A stretch of 63,463 nt of DNA, filler included, from Octopus bimaculoides (Eukaryota): the NCBI RefSeq assembly GCF_001194135.2. It is 3 parts of 3 records of this genome, joined end to end, with 100 filler letters (N's around TTAATTAATTAA, not from the genome) between each part and the next. Parts side by side here need not be neighbours in the genome. Positions count along the whole stretch, not along the records: positions 1 to 31,577 come from NC_068990.1; positions 31,678 to 57,797 come from NC_069001.1; 1 more part is not named here. The stretch is one strand, 5' to 3'. This document shows, piece after piece, positions 24,201 through 36,989 of this stretch (position 1 is the first letter of the stretch; the number at the start of each line of letters is the position of its first letter). The position numbers and the translations under genes were made by a program. The notes beneath the pieces are model-generated. The model worked only from the letters and a program-made list of their open reading frames with translations. It was not told where the DNA came from and did no database searches.

Positions 24201-24460
24201 ATTGCAAAAACAACCGCGTTAATATAGAAACAAGATACGTATCTGCGGCAAACCTTAATCTCTGTTCACAAACGCATAAACATATGCGAAATGATTAATA
24301 ACTTCTGTACGTAATGTCAATATAAACCGAGTGTGTTCTTAGGTTAATTCATAGATCTCCAAAATGCGGAACACACACACCATTGAATACAGAAACGCAG
24401 ACGACAGGAATTCTATACATAACTCACCGGAAGAAATATGCTTATATGGATCTGTGTACA

Positions 24461-24492
<32 letters not shown>

Positions 24493-24528
24493 TAACATAT
24501 ACGCACACATCCATCCATCCATACATAC

Positions 24529-24581
<53 letters not shown>

Positions 24582-24615
24582 TATATGTAAACATACATAT
24601 ATACATATATGTATA

Positions 24616-24672
<57 letters not shown>

Positions 24673-25689
24673 ACAGACAGACAGAGAAAGAAAGAGCGTG
24701 CGAGCGAGAAATCGTTATTAATCCAAACAAGTGGAAGTATGGAAGAAATGAAGTTGAAAATCCAGGAAGAATATATTAGAATTAATTAGAATTTAATTAT
24801 GTTTTAAATTATAGGAATTCATGTTACCGATTTCATATTAGGTTTTCAAAAGTGTATAGCATATAGGGCTGTGTCACGAATTATGTCTATCTGACGGTTT
24901 GTATAAAAAAATATTTTGTTTTTAAATTAGGAATGTGGGTCAGAACGCTATCTGTTAACGTTCAGATTGAATGGTCAGCTTTCATGAATTTAACTCATGT
25001 GGCAGTCACGTGAGGAGAGAACATAAAAGTACGTCTCCGTTGAATATGTCATATAACAGTTAGAAACGCTAGATATGAATAAGTGATATAATAATCGCTT
25101 ACATAAAAGTGCAATAGATAATTACTGCTTATTATTCTGTCGAAGAATAGCAAAATCATTTCGTACTGGTTCACTCTCATCGAACATGTTGAAACATCGT
25201 TTCTTTACTAACAAGGTTTGATTTCAGTAACCTAACGAAGTATGGAATAAATAAAATATGGGATGGTTGCTACAAGAATTTTGGTTGTCTTAATTCATAG
25301 AGAATCTTGTATTACTGATGTTTTTCTATAGCAGCAGCTCCTATGTTTTAAATAACAAACTTGCCTTATTAATTCTTCTTTGGTTTAGAGTATTGTTTGC
25401 TCGTCGACAGAGTGAGAATAAATTTGGAAGATTTGATTTTCGCACATGTGGCCAAAAGTTAAACTAAGTGAAAAATGTCTAGTTTTGGGATCAGGTATGT
25501 GTATGTGTGTGTGTTTGTGTGTATGTATGTGTGTGTGTGTGTGCGTGTGTCTGTGTGTGTGTGTGTACTTACATTCATTCTACTCTATGATAACGAAATC
25601 CTCTCCTGTATTTAAGCAATTAACAAACCGATTGTTTGATTAACCAGAGTAATGAATCACTCAGTTTTTTTTTGCCAAAGCTCACTCGT

Positions 25690-25810
25690 CTCTATTCCCC
25701 AAGACACCTAATGAAGGCTGGAGGGTATATCAGACGAAACGTTGTGTTAGCAACAAACAAGATGAGGACAAATGTCCGTCAAATGTAAATAATGTAAATA
25801 ATGTACATAA
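25690..25810 (+). mobile_element. Isolated copy of the hammerhead-bearing SINE tail, core mutated
   Basis: gacac-CTAATGA-aggctggagggtatatcagac-GAAACGTT-gtgtt...gaggacaaatgtccgtcaaatgtaaataatgt. Differs from 21133-21250 by a G5>A change and one stem II mismatch. Confidence 0.75.
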
Positions 25811-25814
25811 CAAT

Positions 25815-26062
25815 AAGCCCTGATGCAGTACCAGGCAGTGGCTCTCAGCTATTTGGGGTTTGGATAATTTACCTTTGGAAACATAGGGGTTTCGGTCACC
25901 ATCCTTAAACAACCCTTTCGAGCTGGATGGGTTACTCAACCTGACGAAAATTCTAATTGGTTTCCACCTGCAAGGTCATGCGCTGTTTATCTTCATATGA
26001 GATATATGTGTACCCCAGTATTAGTTTCATGCCGTATACTGCTCTCTCACTCAATAATGAAA
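25815..26062. mobile_element. Repeat family G, internally deleted copy
   Basis: Shares the termini ggcagtggctctc... and ...ctgctctctcactcaataat and the internal blocks (acctgacgaaaattctaa..ccacctgcaaggtcatgcgctgtt) with 45498-46035. Confidence 0.75.
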
Positions 26063-26074
26063 ATAATAATAATG

Positions 26075-26225
26075 GTTCCAATTTCTAGCAGAAGGCCAGC
26101 AATTTCCGGGCAGGTGTAAATGAATAGCATCGACTCTAGCACACAACTAATACTTATTTTATTGACCCCGAAATTATGAAAGACTAAGGCGACCTCGGCA
26201 GCATTTGAACTCAGAACTTAAAGAC
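26075..26225 (-). mobile_element. SINE family C, partial
   Basis: gcagaaggccagcaattt...cttattttattgaccccgaaattatgaaag...gacctcggcagcatttgaactcagaac. Confidence 0.75.
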
Positions 26226-26610
26226 AACACAGGGACAATAACGATTTTGATGCATGGTTACCGTCTGCGGACGCTGATGTGATTTATAAGGCCTATGTCA
26301 GGCCTTTGCAGGTTGCGAAGTCAATTGTTTACCTATTATTATTGTCTTTTTGTTAGTAAATATGCATGGATGTATACAATTTGCTCGGCATTTATGCTAT
26401 TCTCTTGTTTCATCGAAAACTTTTTCAAAATTCAGTCGATGGGATTTGATTCTTGCGAGACTTTGTAAAGAACAGTTACCGTAGGAAATGTCTATACAAC
26501 TGCAAAGTCACTCTTAAACTAATACTAAGGTACGTAGAGGATTTCGAAAATGAATACACACATAATGAGTAATCAACACTGACACACACAGACACACACA
26601 CACACACACA

Positions 26611-26671
<61 letters not shown>

Positions 26672-27795
26672 ACACTTTCAATTCATTCAAGTACACAGAA
26701 ATGATCGATGACAAACTTGATAAACTACAGCAAATGTTTATAATTATCAGGCATACAATATACACTACATTGATAGAAAAAATACGCGTGTGTGTGTGTG
26801 TGTCTGTGCACTCTCATATATAGTCATATACATAACATTCAACCACACGCAAGCTACGATATACTCACATTTGTTTATATGTGTATGTGTGTGCGCGCAT
26901 GTGTGTGTAAGTATGTATGCATATATACGCGTGTGCGTGCGTGCGTGTGCATGCATGAATGTATGTAGGAATGTATGCATGTATATGTAAATGCACATAC
27001 GCACACATATATAATGTGCAGTTGTATAGATATTATGTGTGTGTATTTATATATGTATATATATATGTGTGTGTACATATATGTCTGTATTTATATATGT
27101 ATATATATGTGTGTACATATATGTGTGTATTTATATATGTATATTTATGTGTGTACATATATAGATATATATACACACGCACACATAAATACATTCATAT
27201 ATGAATATCTGTCTTTGTGTGTACGTATGTGCGTTCGTGTGCATGTATTTATATAAATGCAATATATGTATGTATACCTGAACGAAAGGCGAATATACAT
27301 ACATGCATATGTGGTGTGTATGTGAGTGCGCGTGTATCTTTGTGTTTGCGTGTATCTTTGAATGCGTGTCTGTGTATATAGTTTGTGCGTGTGTATAGGA
27401 AAAAAAACGCGAACAAACCTACTACAAACATTTACACATAAACGCACTCATTGACACACCTTACCGCGTGCATTGACAAGAAACCTTCACATAAAAGTCT
27501 CTTGTGGAAGAATTGTTCGCTGTCTAATGGCACTAGAGAATTATCAGGAAATCTCGTTGATGGACTCCACTGTTTTACATTGAGCCGTGGAACAATGCAG
27601 CTAATAGGAACACTCCAGCTTGTCTCTACTAATTACTTGGCATTGCATTCATTTAGTGGAGAATCAGCAGAATTCAAAGAATTCCGCGAAATACTTGCGA
27701 CTGCAACGCTCTGACACACATACACACACGTACACACATACGAGAAAAGACAAATACATATTCACAGATATTCCAACATAAAAAAAACACACAGA

Positions 27796-27830
<35 letters not shown>

Positions 27831-28191
27831 GGACACACGCAAATAAACAATGTCACACTTTCCGCGTTTGGAAATAACGGATATCTTTGACAAGGAAAGT
27901 AAGCATGAATATGCATGTAGACGTACAAGCTTATGCACGCATACATTTACACGCAGACACATACGTCCACGCATCCACNNNNNNNNNNNNNNNNNNNNNN
28001 NNNNNNNNNNNNNNNNNNNNNNNNNNNNNNNNNNNNNNNNNNNNNNNNNNNNNNNNNNNNNNNNNNNNNNNNNNNNNNNNNNNNNNNNNNNNNNNNNNNN
28101 NNNNNNNNNNNNNNNNNNNNNGTATGTGTGTGTGTGTGTATGCGTGTGTATGTGTGTGTGTATGTGTGTGTGTGTGTGTGTGGCGACAGAC

Positions 28192-28234
<43 letters not shown>

Positions 28235-28426
28235 CAGATAGATAGGTAGACAGATTACATATATTTAGATTACATGTATTATGTAAAAAGACATGCATAT
28301 ATATACATATTTATATAGATAATATATATGTGTATGTATATATCTATATATATATTAGATATGCATATGTATATATGTATATGTATGTATATATATCTAT
28401 ATACATACACATACACACACGTGTAT

Positions 28427-28463
<37 letters not shown>

Positions 28464-29349
28464 CACAGATATCTATACGTATATGCGTGATCGAGATAAT
28501 CACAAGGGCTTGTCAGTCCGCACCAAGACTTCCCTGTTAAGTTCTATTCTTCCTGTTTTTCAAAATCAATGAAGTTTCATACATACATGTGTATGCATGC
28601 GCGTGCGTCTCTCTGTATGTATGTTTGCATTTGTGTACGTATGTGTATATATGCACGTAAGCATGTATGCATGTATGTATGTATGTATATACGTATGCTT
28701 CCGTTCTTTTTGGTGCATGATGGTTTTAAACAACAAGCGGTGATGTTGCTTCTATCTATTATCTAGCTAAACGGATACCTGTCTCTAGTTCAACAGTGGC
28801 AACGATGTGAAATAATATGAGACACGTAAATGTAACAAATATTACCTGTCTGTCGATATTACAAATTATCGTAATTTCGTATTGTCTTTTATTCTTTCAG
28901 TCATTTTAGTGTGGCCATGTTTGCGCACGACGTAACCGAAAAAAATTCAAGCAAATCCTTAGATATTTCTTTAAGTTTCCTACTAATTCAATCAATGTAG
29001 TTTTTGCCGAAGCACTAGGTTACTGGGACATGAACAAAGCAACACCTGTTGCCAAGCAGTGCTGTGTAACAAAGTGACAATATCACATACATACATACAT
29101 ACATACATACATACATACATACATACGTATACATAAGTTGTAACCTAGTTGCAACATCCTAAAAGGATGCAGGGTTAAAGTTTGGTTGGGATAAATGTTG
29201 TTATATGGTTGTGAAAAGGGGGGAAACTGTAAACCAAACTAGCAACATCCCCATCAGTGACTTCACTGTTTCTCCTACATCTAACGAGGAAAGTTATAGG
29301 TATCGGGGGGGGGAAGCATATCTTACAATGGCACCTGTAACGAAAAACT

Positions 29350-29810
29350 ATCACTAAAGAATATTACAGCCGAATAAAAAAAAAATTGAACCTCGGAACT
29401 CTCTGCATTTAATAAAACAGTGGCCCAAAATGTGTTTGCATTGCCAGTACGCATACCAACATTTGGGTTGCTTCATTAGACGCTTGCTGAGATCCAAGCC
29501 ATTGTATGTGAAGACCGGGAAAATACTAACAATCACATAATTTCCACATAAACGGTTATGTAGACTGCCTCTAAAACGAAACTCAGGCGGCAGAGGCTTA
29601 ACATCGATCCAAAATACCTTTGAATGTCGAATCACATCTCTTCGGTAACGTCTTTTAACCACCAAGTGTCGAAGGTGCATCCCTTGACGAAGTTTGCATA
29701 CATGAGGCTGATAACATCATAAAACTTGGAAGGCAGCTCTTTGAGAAACACTCTCTGTCTGGTAACCTTAAATACACGCAGAGAGAAGTCGCACTCTATC
29801 GCAACATGTT
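29350..29810 (+). mobile_element. R4/Dong/Rex6-clade (RLE) LINE reverse-transcriptase fragment, decayed
   Basis: KEYYSR..SELSAFNKTVAQNVFALPVRIPTFGLLH*TLAEIQAI..KTGKILT..RLPLKRNSGGRGLTSIQNTFECRITSLR matches the post-RT motif RLY..RK.GGRGL typical of this clade. Confidence 0.8.
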
Positions 29811-29812
29811 GT

Positions 29813-30175
29813 TGGCACTCCATCGGTTACGACGTCGAGGGTTACAATTGATCCAATCAACGGAACAGCCTGCTCGTGAAATTAACGTTCAAGTGGCTGA
29901 GTACTCCACAGACACGTGTACCCTTAACGTAGTTCTCGGGGATATTCAGTGTGACACAGTGTGACAAGGCTGACCCCTTGAATTACAGGCACAACAGAAA
30001 CAGGAAGAAAGAGTGAAAGTTGTGGTGAAAGAGTACAGCAGGGTTCTCCACCATCCCCTGCTGGAGCCTCGTGGAGCTTTAGGTGTTTTCGTTCAATAAA
30101 CACTCACAACGCCCGGTCTGGGAATCGAAACCGCGATCCTAAGACCGCTGCCCAAACCACTGGCCATTGTACCTC
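29813..30175 (-). mobile_element. tRNA-derived SINE family D (shares its tail with family B)
   Basis: ggcactccatcggttacgacgtcgaggg...aacagaaacaggaag...gggaatcgaaaccgcgatcc...ccaaaccactggccattg. A second copy lies at 57022-57220. Confidence 0.8.
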
Positions 30176-31208
30176 CACTATCGCAACATATCATCAGACG
30201 AAACGATGAGCATAAATGAGCTGAAGACTATGAATGGTATGTTAGTAGAAAGCTTCGAGATGACAGTAACATTAATCATCAAAGCAGTATATCATGGACC
30301 AAGAACCGAAGTACTACCGAAGTACTACCGAAGTACTACCCTTCCACATTTTACACATGTCCTGTTGTGAATTTTATTAGCCACATCACTGTTTATCATG
30401 GGTCGATTCCTGTGAGATTTTTAGTCCCACAAACGAACACATACAAAAATCAACACTCAGTTTCCACAGGTTCCCTCCGTCTAAGCCGCCACCTAATTCT
30501 CTCATACTTCACTCTCTGCCTCATGCACTATCTTCCTCAATCCATCACGGTTTTGTGCCTCCCTCTACCAATCACCAGCTGCAATTCCTGTCTGTATTAG
30601 AGCATTTTTAAGGCAATCCTTAAACCTTAGTTTAGGCTTATACGCTGGCCTCCTGCTATCTTCCATATATACACGCTCATATGTATGTGTATATGTATGT
30701 ATGTATGCATGTATGTATGTATGCATGTATGTATGTATATATGTATGTATGTATGTATGTATCTATATTGGTATGTATGTGTGTATGTATATTGGTATGT
30801 ATATAATTATGTGCTAAAAATGTGAAATGTCAGAAATCATAACAGATACACTAAAGTTATATCAAGCTTCTTTTTTTTTTTTTTTTTGGAAATAATTTTC
30901 AAAGTTCTTTTGTCTGTTCCTTGCTTTCTAACGCGTGAACAACTCAAGGCAAACATGTAACTGAGTACATGACAACGCAGCGAAGCTTGTGAGTCACCGA
31001 TGGTTCAATAAACGTTCAGATAAACGTTGTAAAGCATCAGTTTTGACTGGCTGTCGTTGTGATTGATGCAGCAGCGTGCGTCAGGTGTTAACATCGAGAG
31101 AATCGTGGCAGAGGGAAAAATGAAGGCTGTAAAAACGGAGAAGTCAATAAAGTCAATACAGAATTACACCGGGAGATAACGCCATCAAACAACCTGAAGC
31201 GTCTATGA

Positions 31209-31276
<68 letters not shown>

Positions 31277-31577
31277 TAATAATAATAATCATAATCATCA
31301 TGATGATGATAATAATAATAAGCAAAATAATTATAATCATAATATTAATTGTAAAACCAACAACAAAATCAATAATAACGAAAATGATGCTGATAATAAC
31401 ATTAGTATCGACACTACTGATAATGAGGAGGAGTAGGAGGGTAGAGGAGGGGTGTGAGGAGGAGGAGGAAGCGGAGGAGGAGGAAGCGGAGGAGGAGGAA
31501 GCGGAGGAGGAAGGGGAGGAGGAAGGGGATGAGGAAGGGGAGGAGGAAGGGGAGGAGGAAGGGTTGGAGGAAGGGGA
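31209..31577. repeat. (AAT)n tract grading into a purine-rich (GAGGAGGAAGCG/GGG)n repeat, ending at a gap
   Basis: Direct inspection: 15-bp gaggaggaggaagcg units followed by 12-bp gaggaggaaggg units. Confidence 0.9.
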
Positions 31578-33005
31578 NNNNNNNNNNNNNNNNNNNNNNN
31601 NNNNNNNNNNNNNNNNNNNNNTTAATTAATTAANNNNNNNNNNNNNNNNNNNNNNNNNNNNNNNNNNNNNNNNNNNNTGTTGATGGTTATTCGAAAGGCA
31701 GCCGTATAATCAAAAGCCCTTCCAGCCATGGCTATTTCATTTGGCTTTGTTTTATTCAGAAATAGCATGACTAGATTATTACAGCGTAAATTGTTTTTTT
31801 TTTTTTGTTTAAGGAGATTGATTTGTGGGAGATTTGGTTGCTATTTCTAGCAATTGTTGGCTAATTGACCACGAACTGATTAGATTTTGGGATCAATCCA
31901 GTACTGGACAAGGATTCCCGATTATTTTTCCTTTGCTTTTGCCTTTCATCCTTTCAAGGTCGATAAATTAAGTACCAGTTGAGTACTGGGGTCGATGTAA
32001 TCGACTCATCCTCTCCCCTAAAATTGCTGCCCTTGTGGCAAAATTTGAAACCATTATTATTATCATCATTATTATTATTAGTGCCATATCACGCATACAC
32101 ACACACAAAAAAAAGATTTTGTGGATTTCTTTGTTCCACAACATTCCAGGCAATAATGTCTCCTTAATGTTGCACTATTTCTCAACAACAGTGAAGAGCA
32201 ACGGAGTTATCAGTAAGGGAGAGATAGAAATAGAGAGAGACAGAGATACAGAGAGAGAGAGAGGTAGAGAGAAAAGATGCTTTTCCTGCAGTTATATGAC
32301 AAAGAGCTTGCAAATAAAAAGTGTCACATCACACTGTGTAGAAATGAAACAATAAAATTTAGAGAATACATAAAAATTCCTATCCTCAGAATAGCACTTT
32401 TGTTGGTAAACATTCCTAAATGGTGTGAAACAGCAAGAGTTGGAAGCAAATTTCAATATAAAATATTATATTATGTCATTCATGTGATGTCACAGTCCTT
32501 CCTCCCCTGCCACCGATGGACTGTTCCCTCCTCAAACCCTGTAACTAAACTGCTTTGAGCTATAAAGTTTTTCTCAATTTTTTTTTTTTTTTTTACCTTT
32601 CATGTTGTCTCTTTGAAAACAAAAAAAAAAACGTAACACTTTGGAAAGTAACATGTAAACACTGTATTTATTTAATTAATTGTTAATTATTTAATGAAAA
32701 AAAAATAAAAGTATTTTTTTAATGGTTCTTCCCTCTACAAAAACATGTACAAACACATGCAAGAACTTGTGTATACATATACATTATTCGAAGTGTATGC
32801 ACACTCGACATTAATACAAGCACATACACATGAATACGTGCATATACATGGATATACATACACATAATAGAAGTATGTGCACATATATACATGTTTATAC
32901 GATACATACATATGCACACACACATGTAGATACATTGTTAGCAGTATATGCACACATATACACACAAACAAGTACACATGTGCATACATAGATTCTTAGA
33001 AGTAT

Positions 33006-33186
33006 ATGCATACAGACACTAATACAAGTACACACACATACACACAAACAAGCTTATCACACACACACACACTCAAGCACGTATGTACACATACACTCAA
33101 GAACGTATGCATGCATACACACACACACTCTCTCAAACATATACACACAAACTCAGGCACACACACACTCACTTACCGAAGCACAT

Positions 33187-33224
<38 letters not shown>

Positions 33225-33581
33225 TCAAGCACATGTATGCATACACACACTCTCAAACATATACACACAAACTCATACACACACACTCACTCACTGAAGC
33301 ACATGTACGTACACACACACACACACACACAGAGTTTCAAGAATATACACATAGACAAGCTCAGACACACACACACACAAACATGCTCAGCCGCACACAC
33401 ACACACACTCACTCACTGAAGCACATGTCCGCACACATACACTCTCTCAAGTATACACACACAAACAAACACACACACACACACACACATACACATTCAA
33501 GCACATGTATGCATACACACACACTCTCAAACATATACAAACAGACTCATACACACACACTCACTCACTGAAGCACATGTA

Positions 33582-33629
<48 letters not shown>
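33006..33629. repeat. (CA)n-derived higher-order repeat
   Basis: The block cattcaagcacatgtatgcatacacacactctcaaacatat...cactcactcactgaagcacatgtacgtacacac recurs at ~33222-33330 and ~33492-33629, with partial copies between. Confidence 0.8.
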
Positions 33630-34196
33630 NNNNNNNNNNNNNNNNNNNNNNNNNNNNNNNNNNNNNNNNNNNNNNNNNNNNNNNNNNNNNNNNNNNNNNN
33701 NNNNNNNNNNNNNNNNNNNNNNNNNNNNNNNNNNNNNNNNNNNNNNNNNNNNNNNNNNNNNNNNNNNNNNNNNNNNNNNNNNNNNNNNNNNNNNNNNNNN
33801 NNNNNNNNNNNNNNNNNNNNNNNNNNNNNNNNNNNNNNNNNNNNNNNNNNNNNNNNNNNNNNNNNNNNNNNNNNNNNNNNNNNNNNNNNNNNNNNNNNNN
33901 NNNNNNNNNNNNNNNCCTTCACTTATTTTCTCATTATTTATTCAGTTTCTGTCAGAGAAATTAAATTAATGAATTAGAAACACAAATGAAAAAAATACTG
34001 CCAAGATTATTACTTCAGATGACTGTTTGAATATTGGTTTTATTTTTGGTAGCCTCTGGGAAGAATTGGTAGCAGAAAACATTTGAAATTTCTCCCCGGA
34101 ATCAATAGTGAAATTATTATGAAACACACACAAACGCAATTCATCTTTCTCTCTATCCATCTTTCTATCTATCTCTACCTTTCTCTCTGCTTGTTG

Positions 34197-34525
34197 AGCT
34201 GTTCTTGTGGCAAAGGGGTTAGGGTGTTCGGCTGGCTCACAATTGTATGGTCACGTGTTCAATTCCTGGTATCACATCGTGTCCTTGAGCAAGACACTTT
34301 ATTTCACAATGCTCCAGTCCCACTCAGCTGACAGAATGAGTATCCTTGTATTTCAAAGGGCCAGCCTTATCACATTCTGTGTTATACTGAAACACCCCAA
34401 GAAATATGTTATGGGTATGTGTGTCCATGGAGTGCTCAGCCACTTGCACATTCATTCTACAAGCAGGCTGTTCCACTGATCAGATCAACTGGAACCCTTA
34501 TTGTTGCAACCAATGAAGTGCCAAT
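34197..34525 (+). mobile_element. tRNA-derived SINE family B
   Basis: Head ggggttagggtgttcggc...gttcaattcctgg, body gtgtccttgagcaagacactttatttcac, tail ctgttccactgatcagatcaactggaaccct. Confidence 0.8.
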
Positions 34526-34789
34526 TTCTTGGAGGTTTTTTTTCTTTTGCATCATTAAAATACGTTAATTTCTCTCTTTATAATTTGTATACTTTATCCA
34601 ATCAGCCTGGAGTATTTAATATATTTCATGACAGGTAAATATCTTTCATCTTTTTGGGGTTGGTAAAATAAATACCAGTTTCACACTGGGGTTGATGTAA
34701 TCAATTTAACTCCTCCAAACAAATTTCAGGCTTAGTTCCTATAGCAGGAAAGATTCTTTCTTCTAGGGACATCTAACTCACATATATCA

Positions 34790-35168
34790 CAGGTTTGATC
34801 ACAACTTCAGTCACAATGTTGACCACACTGTTGGTTACAATGTTGATCACAACTTTGATCATAATGTTGATCACAACTTTGGTCATATTGTTGATCACAA
34901 CTTTGGTCATAATGTTGATCACAACTTTGGTCATAATGCTGATCACAACTTTGGTCATAATGCTGATCACAACTTTGGTCATAATGCTGATCACAACTTT
35001 GGTCATAATGCTGNNNNNNNNNNATAATGCTGATCACAACTTTGGTCATAATGCTGATCACAACTTTGGTCATAATGCTGATCACAACTTTGGTCATAAT
35101 GCTGATCACAACTTTGGTCACAACATTGATCACAACTTTGGTCACAATGTTGATCGTAACTTTGATTT
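34790..35168. repeat. 24-bp minisatellite (gatcacaactttggtcataatgct)n, at least 15 units, interrupted by a 10-N gap
   Basis: Direct tandem with 8-residue periodicity in the ORF track (MTKVVISI, HNADHNFG). Units degenerate toward both edges. Confidence 0.95.
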
Positions 35169-35906
35169 CAGCTTTCAGAATAATTCTAACAGTCTCCTGA
35201 GACACCACAAGGTGGTAAGGGTGGTTACGAACAGAAGACCTAGAATTGGTAACTTGATTCTTCATCCATTTGGTTAATAGCTTCTATTCCTACTTTGGTA
35301 TGATGCTGCCACTCCAGATGTCTGAATTCTACTGTAACAGCAATGATGTAAATGTCAGCTGATTCCAATAATTATGGTTTCCTGGCAGTTAACAGAGAGT
35401 CTGTAGAATGTTGGGTTCAAGATTTTAATGGAAGATATCCAAATTTCATGAAGTATATTGTCATCTATATATGTATACAAAAAACTTCAGCACTTTGCAG
35501 ATTGTAAACATATTTGTCTTTCAGTTCTACTGATGTGTGTGTGTGTGAGTGTGAATCATCGAAAAAATATGGGTACACATACATAAACATACAAACGTAC
35601 ACACACACATATACATACATACACATGCACGCATACACATATATATATACATACACACATATATATATATATATATATATACATATATATACATATATAT
35701 ACATATACATATATACATATATATACATATACATATATACATACACACCATATATATTCATACATATATATGCACATATACATGTTATATTACATATATG
35801 TATACACACATATATACATGCATATATGTACACACGCATAAATACACAAATATATATATACATATATATATACATATATTTATACAGGTATACGCACATA
35901 TACAGG

Positions 35907-36115
35907 TCCTTTTCTACTCTAGGCACAAGGCCTGAAATTTTTTGGGGAGGGGACCATTCGATTAGATCAATCCCAGTATGCAACTGGTACTTAATTTACC
36001 GACCCCAAAAGGATGAAAGGCAAAGTCAACCTCGGCAGAATTTGAACTCAGAACATAAGAACAGATGGAATACCGCTAAGCATTTCACCCGGTGTGCTAA
36101 TGTTTCTGCCACCTC
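35907..36115 (-). mobile_element. SINE family C, full length
   Basis: ttctactctaggcacaaggcctgaaatt...ggatgaaaggcaaagtcaacctcggcagaatttgaactcagaac...gtgctaatgtttctgcc. Confidence 0.9.
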
Positions 36116-36678
36116 GACACCATACACACATATGCATGCTATATTACATATATGCATACACACATATATACATGCATATATGAACACGCACATAAATACA
36201 CAAATATATATATATACATATATTCATACATATATACGCACATATACATGTTATATTACATATATGTATACACACATATATACATGCATATATGTACACA
36301 TGCATAAATACACAAATATATACATATATTTATACATGTATACGCACATATACATGTTATATTACATATATGTATATACACATATATACATGCATATCTA
36401 TATACACACATAAATATATACTAATAAATACAAGTATGTATATACACACACACACACACACAATATTCAAACGTTGAATCATACTGAAAGAAATGCAAGG
36501 ATTTTTCTAAGCTGTGCATGATTTTTTGGCTAAATCCTGCATTCATAGAGTTTACTTGAGAATCTGTTGAAAGATTTCTTTCATGCTAAAATGTCACAGG
36601 GTAGATTGTAAAGAAACCAAACCAGGAGATTCCAGACAGATAGGAGCAGAGATTTATAATGGCAAGTTTATGTATATA

Positions 36679-36956
36679 TTGGGTTGGTGAATAATTATTG
36701 CGGCTTTTTTTCAACAAGTTTTATTCAACAAAAACAATACTCTTTTACTCTTTGACTTGTTTCAGTCATTTGACTGTGGCCATGCTGGAGCACCACCTTT
36801 TAGTCGAGCAAATCGACCCCAGGACTTATTCTTTGGAAGCCTAGTACTTATTCTGTCGGTCTCTTTTGCCGAACCGCTAAGTTACGGGCATGTAAACACA
36901 CCAGCATCGGTTGTCAAGCGATGTTGGGAGGGACAAACACAGACACACAAACATAT

Positions 36957-36989
<33 letters not shown>

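Noticed and set aside
31622-31633. TTAATTAATTAA island centred in a 100-bp gap (also 57842-57853)
   Set aside because: 44 N + 12 bp + 44 N, identical at both sites: an artificial six-frame-stop scaffold linker, not biology.
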